Source: Clostridia bacterium
Lineage (GTDB): Bacteria > Bacillota > Clostridia > Oscillospirales > CAG-382
Length of the DNA: 64,000 nt
Direction: 5' to 3'
Assembly: GCA_017447445.1 (NCBI GenBank)
Contig: JAFSNK010000035.1
Coordinates: 29,781 to 93,780, forward strand
In this document: positions 62,268 through 64,000 of the stretch, piece after piece
Numbering within the stretch: the stretch's first letter is position 1
Layout of the letters: the number at the start of each line of letters is the position of its first letter
The notes under the pieces: generated by a model
What the model was told of the DNA's origin: nothing
What the model saw: only the letters and a program-made list of their open reading frames with translations
The model's database searches: none
Program-made: the position numbers and the translations under genes

Positions 62268-62315
62268 AAAGGACCGTACGGAACCGTGTGTTTCAGACGG
62301 TCCTTTTGATTTTTG
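62268..62315 (+). terminator. Rho-independent terminator after rplA
   Basis: AAAGGACCGT / ACGGTCCTTT stem followed by TGATTTTTG. Confidence 0.7.
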
Positions 62316-62336
62316 AAAAATATTGAGAAAAACCTA

Positions 62337-62365
62337 TTGACAAACGCAAAAAAGTGTGCTATATT
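62337..62365 (+). promoter_or_regulatory. sigma-A promoter of rplJL (TTGACA-17-TATATT, TGn-extended)
   Basis: TTGACAaacgcaaaaaagtgtgcTATATT. Confidence 0.6.
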
Positions 62366-62538
62366 AACTTGTCAATTCCAAAGACAGTAGGTGCGTAAAG
62401 CGTAAAGGGAACACTTCCCGCCTGCCGAGGAGAGATAAAAAATGCAGATAAACTGTGTCTTTATGCTCCTTTGCAGTGTACGCGAAGGAGCTTTTCTTTT
62501 CGCTTGAAGCGCACAAAAATAATACGGAGGTGTAGAAT
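62366..62538 (+). ncRNA. Probable ribosomal protein L10 leader (autoregulatory 5' UTR of rplJ-rplL)
   Basis: A ~170-nt untranslated leader between the consensus promoter and the rplJ TTG start. AAAGACAG...CTGTGTCTTT long-range pairing and several local hairpins. The position matches the known Firmicute L10 leader. No covariance model was run. Confidence 0.5.
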
Positions 62539-63111
62539 TTGGCAAACGCAACCATTCTTGAACAAAAGAAGCAGTTTGTTAGCGATCTTGCCGACAAGAT
62601 GAAGAATGCCGCCAGCGGCGTGCTCGTGAATTATCAGGGCATCACCGTTTCCGACGACACCGCTCTTCGCGCGGAGCTGCGCAAAGCGGGCGTTGAATAC
62701 GCGGTAGTGAAGAACACCCTTACTTCCAAGGCGTGCGATCTTATCGGTTTCGAAGCGCTTAAAGAACAGCTTTCCGGCATGACGGCTCTCGCCACCAGCG
62801 CCGAAGATCCCGTTGCCGCGGCAAGGATACTTGCCAATTACGCAAAGGATCACGAAAACTTTGTTATCAAGGCCGGCTTTGTTGACGGCGAACTTCTGGA
62901 TGCGGAAGGCGTTAAGGAATTAGCTTCCACTCCTACCAAGGAAGTCCTTATCGGCAGACTTATGGGCTCGCTGCAGTCCGGTCTTTACGGCTTCGCATAC
63001 GCTATCCAGGCGATCATCGACAAGCAGGAAGAAGGCGCTCCGGCTGAAGCAGCCGCGGCACCCGCAGAAGAAGCAGCCGCTCCCGCTGAAGAAGCGCCCG
63101 CGGCGGAATAA
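62539..63111 (+). CDS. rplJ: 50S ribosomal protein L10 (TTG start, Ala/Glu/Pro-rich C-terminal tail)
   Basis: MANATILEQKKQFVSDLADKMK...VVKNTL. ACGGAGG RBS before the TTG. Confidence 0.9.
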   Translation: MANATILEQKKQFVSDLADKMKNAASGVLVNYQGITVSDDTALRAELRKAGVEYAVVKNTLTSKACDLIGFEALKEQLSGMTALATSAEDPVAAARILANYAKDHENFVIKAGFVDGELLDAEGVKELASTPTKEVLIGRLMGSLQSGLYGFAYAIQAIIDKQEEGAPAEAAAAPAEEAAAPAEEAPAAE

Positions 63112-63156
63112 TCCATTACAAAAAAACAACACTAACATAACGGAGGAATCAAAACA

Positions 63157-63531
63157 ATGGAAAAAATCACCCAGATACTCGACCTTATCGACGGTCTTAC
63201 CATCCTTGAACTCAAGGATCTCGTTAAAGCTCTTGAAGAAAAATACGGCGTTTCCGCTGCTCCCGTAGCTGTCGCCGCCGCTCCCGGCGCCGCCGCTGCT
63301 CCCGCAGAAGAAGAAAAGACCGAATTCGACGTAGAACTCACCTCCTACGACGAAGCCGCCAAGCTGAAGGTCATAAAGGCCGTGAAGGAAATCACCGGTC
63401 TCGGACTCGGCGAAGCGAAAGAAATCGTTGTCGGCGCCCCCAAGGCGATCAAGACCGGCGTTTCCAAGGAAGAAGCCGAAGAACTCAAGAAGGCCATCGA
63501 AGAAGTCGGCGGCAAAGTTACCATCAAATAA
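63157..63531 (+). CDS. rplL: 50S ribosomal protein L7/L12
   Basis: [26 protein letters not shown]...Ala-rich hinge...[18 protein letters not shown]. Confidence 0.92.
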   Translation: MEKITQILDLIDGLTILELKDLVKALEEKYGVSAAPVAVAAAPGAAAAPAEEEKTEFDVELTSYDEAAKLKVIKAVKEITGLGLGEAKEIVVGAPKAIKTGVSKEEAEELKKAIEEVGGKVTIK

Positions 63532-63547
63532 GTTTGCTTTCCGCAAT

Positions 63548-63582
63548 ACAAAAGAGGTCGCACACGCGGCCTCTTTTGTATT
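63548..63582 (+). terminator. Rho-independent terminator after rplL
   Basis: CAAAAGAGGTCGC-acac-GCGGCCTCTTTTG followed by a T-rich tail. Confidence 0.8.
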
Positions 63583-63677
63583 CGGGCGCTTGACATATCC
63601 GCGCTGACGGTGCAGTATTTTTGTATGCTTCCCCGCCGGATCCCACCAACAGGCGAGCCGACTGTAAAACCGCGTTA

Positions 63678-63706
63678 TTGAATCCGGCGTAAAAGCGGGT
63701 TATAAT
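63678..63706 (+). promoter_or_regulatory. sigma-A promoter (TTGAAT-17-TATAAT) of the XRE-family gene
   Basis: TTGAATccggcgtaaaagcgggtTATAAT, 52 nt upstream of the ATG. Confidence 0.55.
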
Positions 63707-63758
63707 GTGTCTGCAAAACAAAAAACGCCCGCAAACGGGTACGAAAAGGAGAATCGTT

Positions 63759-64000
63759 ATGGAACTCGGAAAAAAGATAAGGCAGCTTCGGTTCAAAGCC
63801 GGGCTCACGCAGGAACAGCTTGCCGAAAAGCTCGGGATCGGCGCGCAGTCGGTCTCCAAATGGGAAACCGCGGCGGCGATGCCGGACATCACCGCGCTGC
63901 CGCTGCTGGCGGAGATATTCGGCGTGAGCATCGACGACATTTTCGACCTCACCGCCGAACAGCGGCTGAACCGCATAGAATCACGCATGGATATGGAGGA
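63759..64000 (+). CDS. XRE-family helix-turn-helix transcriptional regulator (5' part; runs off window end)
   Basis: Own translation: MELGKKIRQLRFKAGLTQEQLAEKLGIGAQSVSKWETAAAMPDITALPLLAEIFGVSIDDIF. AAAGGAG RBS. No stop before the window end. Confidence 0.75.
   Translation, partial: MELGKKIRQLRFKAGLTQEQLAEKLGIGAQSVSKWETAAAMPDITALPLLAEIFGVSIDDIFDLTAEQRLNRIESRMDME

Overview
This is a high-GC chromosomal segment from a spore-forming, Clostridia-type Firmicute. Supporting evidence: a spoIIAA-spoIIAB-sigF operon, class III (prepilin) signal peptides, a sortase, and many TTGACA-N17-TATAAT promoters. About two thirds of the window is ordinary housekeeping. That part holds three tandem M42 peptidases, murD, RNase P RNA, prfB, htpG, a thyA/DHFR operon, hsp20, the spoIIA operon, plsY-der-DUF512, rpmF-yceD, trmK, apgM, asnB, an ArsR/P-type ATPase pair, and the rpmG-secE-nusG-rplKAJL cluster. 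No tRNA, rRNA, CRISPR array, transposase or integrase was seen. The outlier is a ~22-kb minus-strand accessory locus (10015-31954). It starts with a major type IV pilin gene followed directly by an O-antigen-ligase (Wzy_C) family gene, and both are visibly AT-richer than their surroundings. After a terminator and a new promoter come four consecutive prepilin-leader genes, one of them a 725-aa modular pilin with GLUG repeats. These run into a 4,945-aa Sec-secreted beta-helix/PMP-repeat protein with no visible anchor, followed by a leaderless two-domain DUF11 protein. The gene order mirrors Pseudomonas fimU-pilVWX-pilY1, so I propose a minor-pilin-primed, pilus-tip-displayed giant adhesin plus a possibly glycosylated major pilin. 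No pilus assembly ATPase, platform protein or prepilin peptidase lies in the window. Secondary points of interest are a sortase / non-canonical-substrate / membrane-protein trio, an MBOAT-DHHW-DUF4358 O-acylation cluster led by an internally duplicated SGNH protein, a DHFR::GNAT fusion, a 183-aa extended SecE, and phased GTTCACA repeats next to a degenerate CIRCE upstream of hsp20. All functional calls rest on motif recognition by eye; no database search was run.
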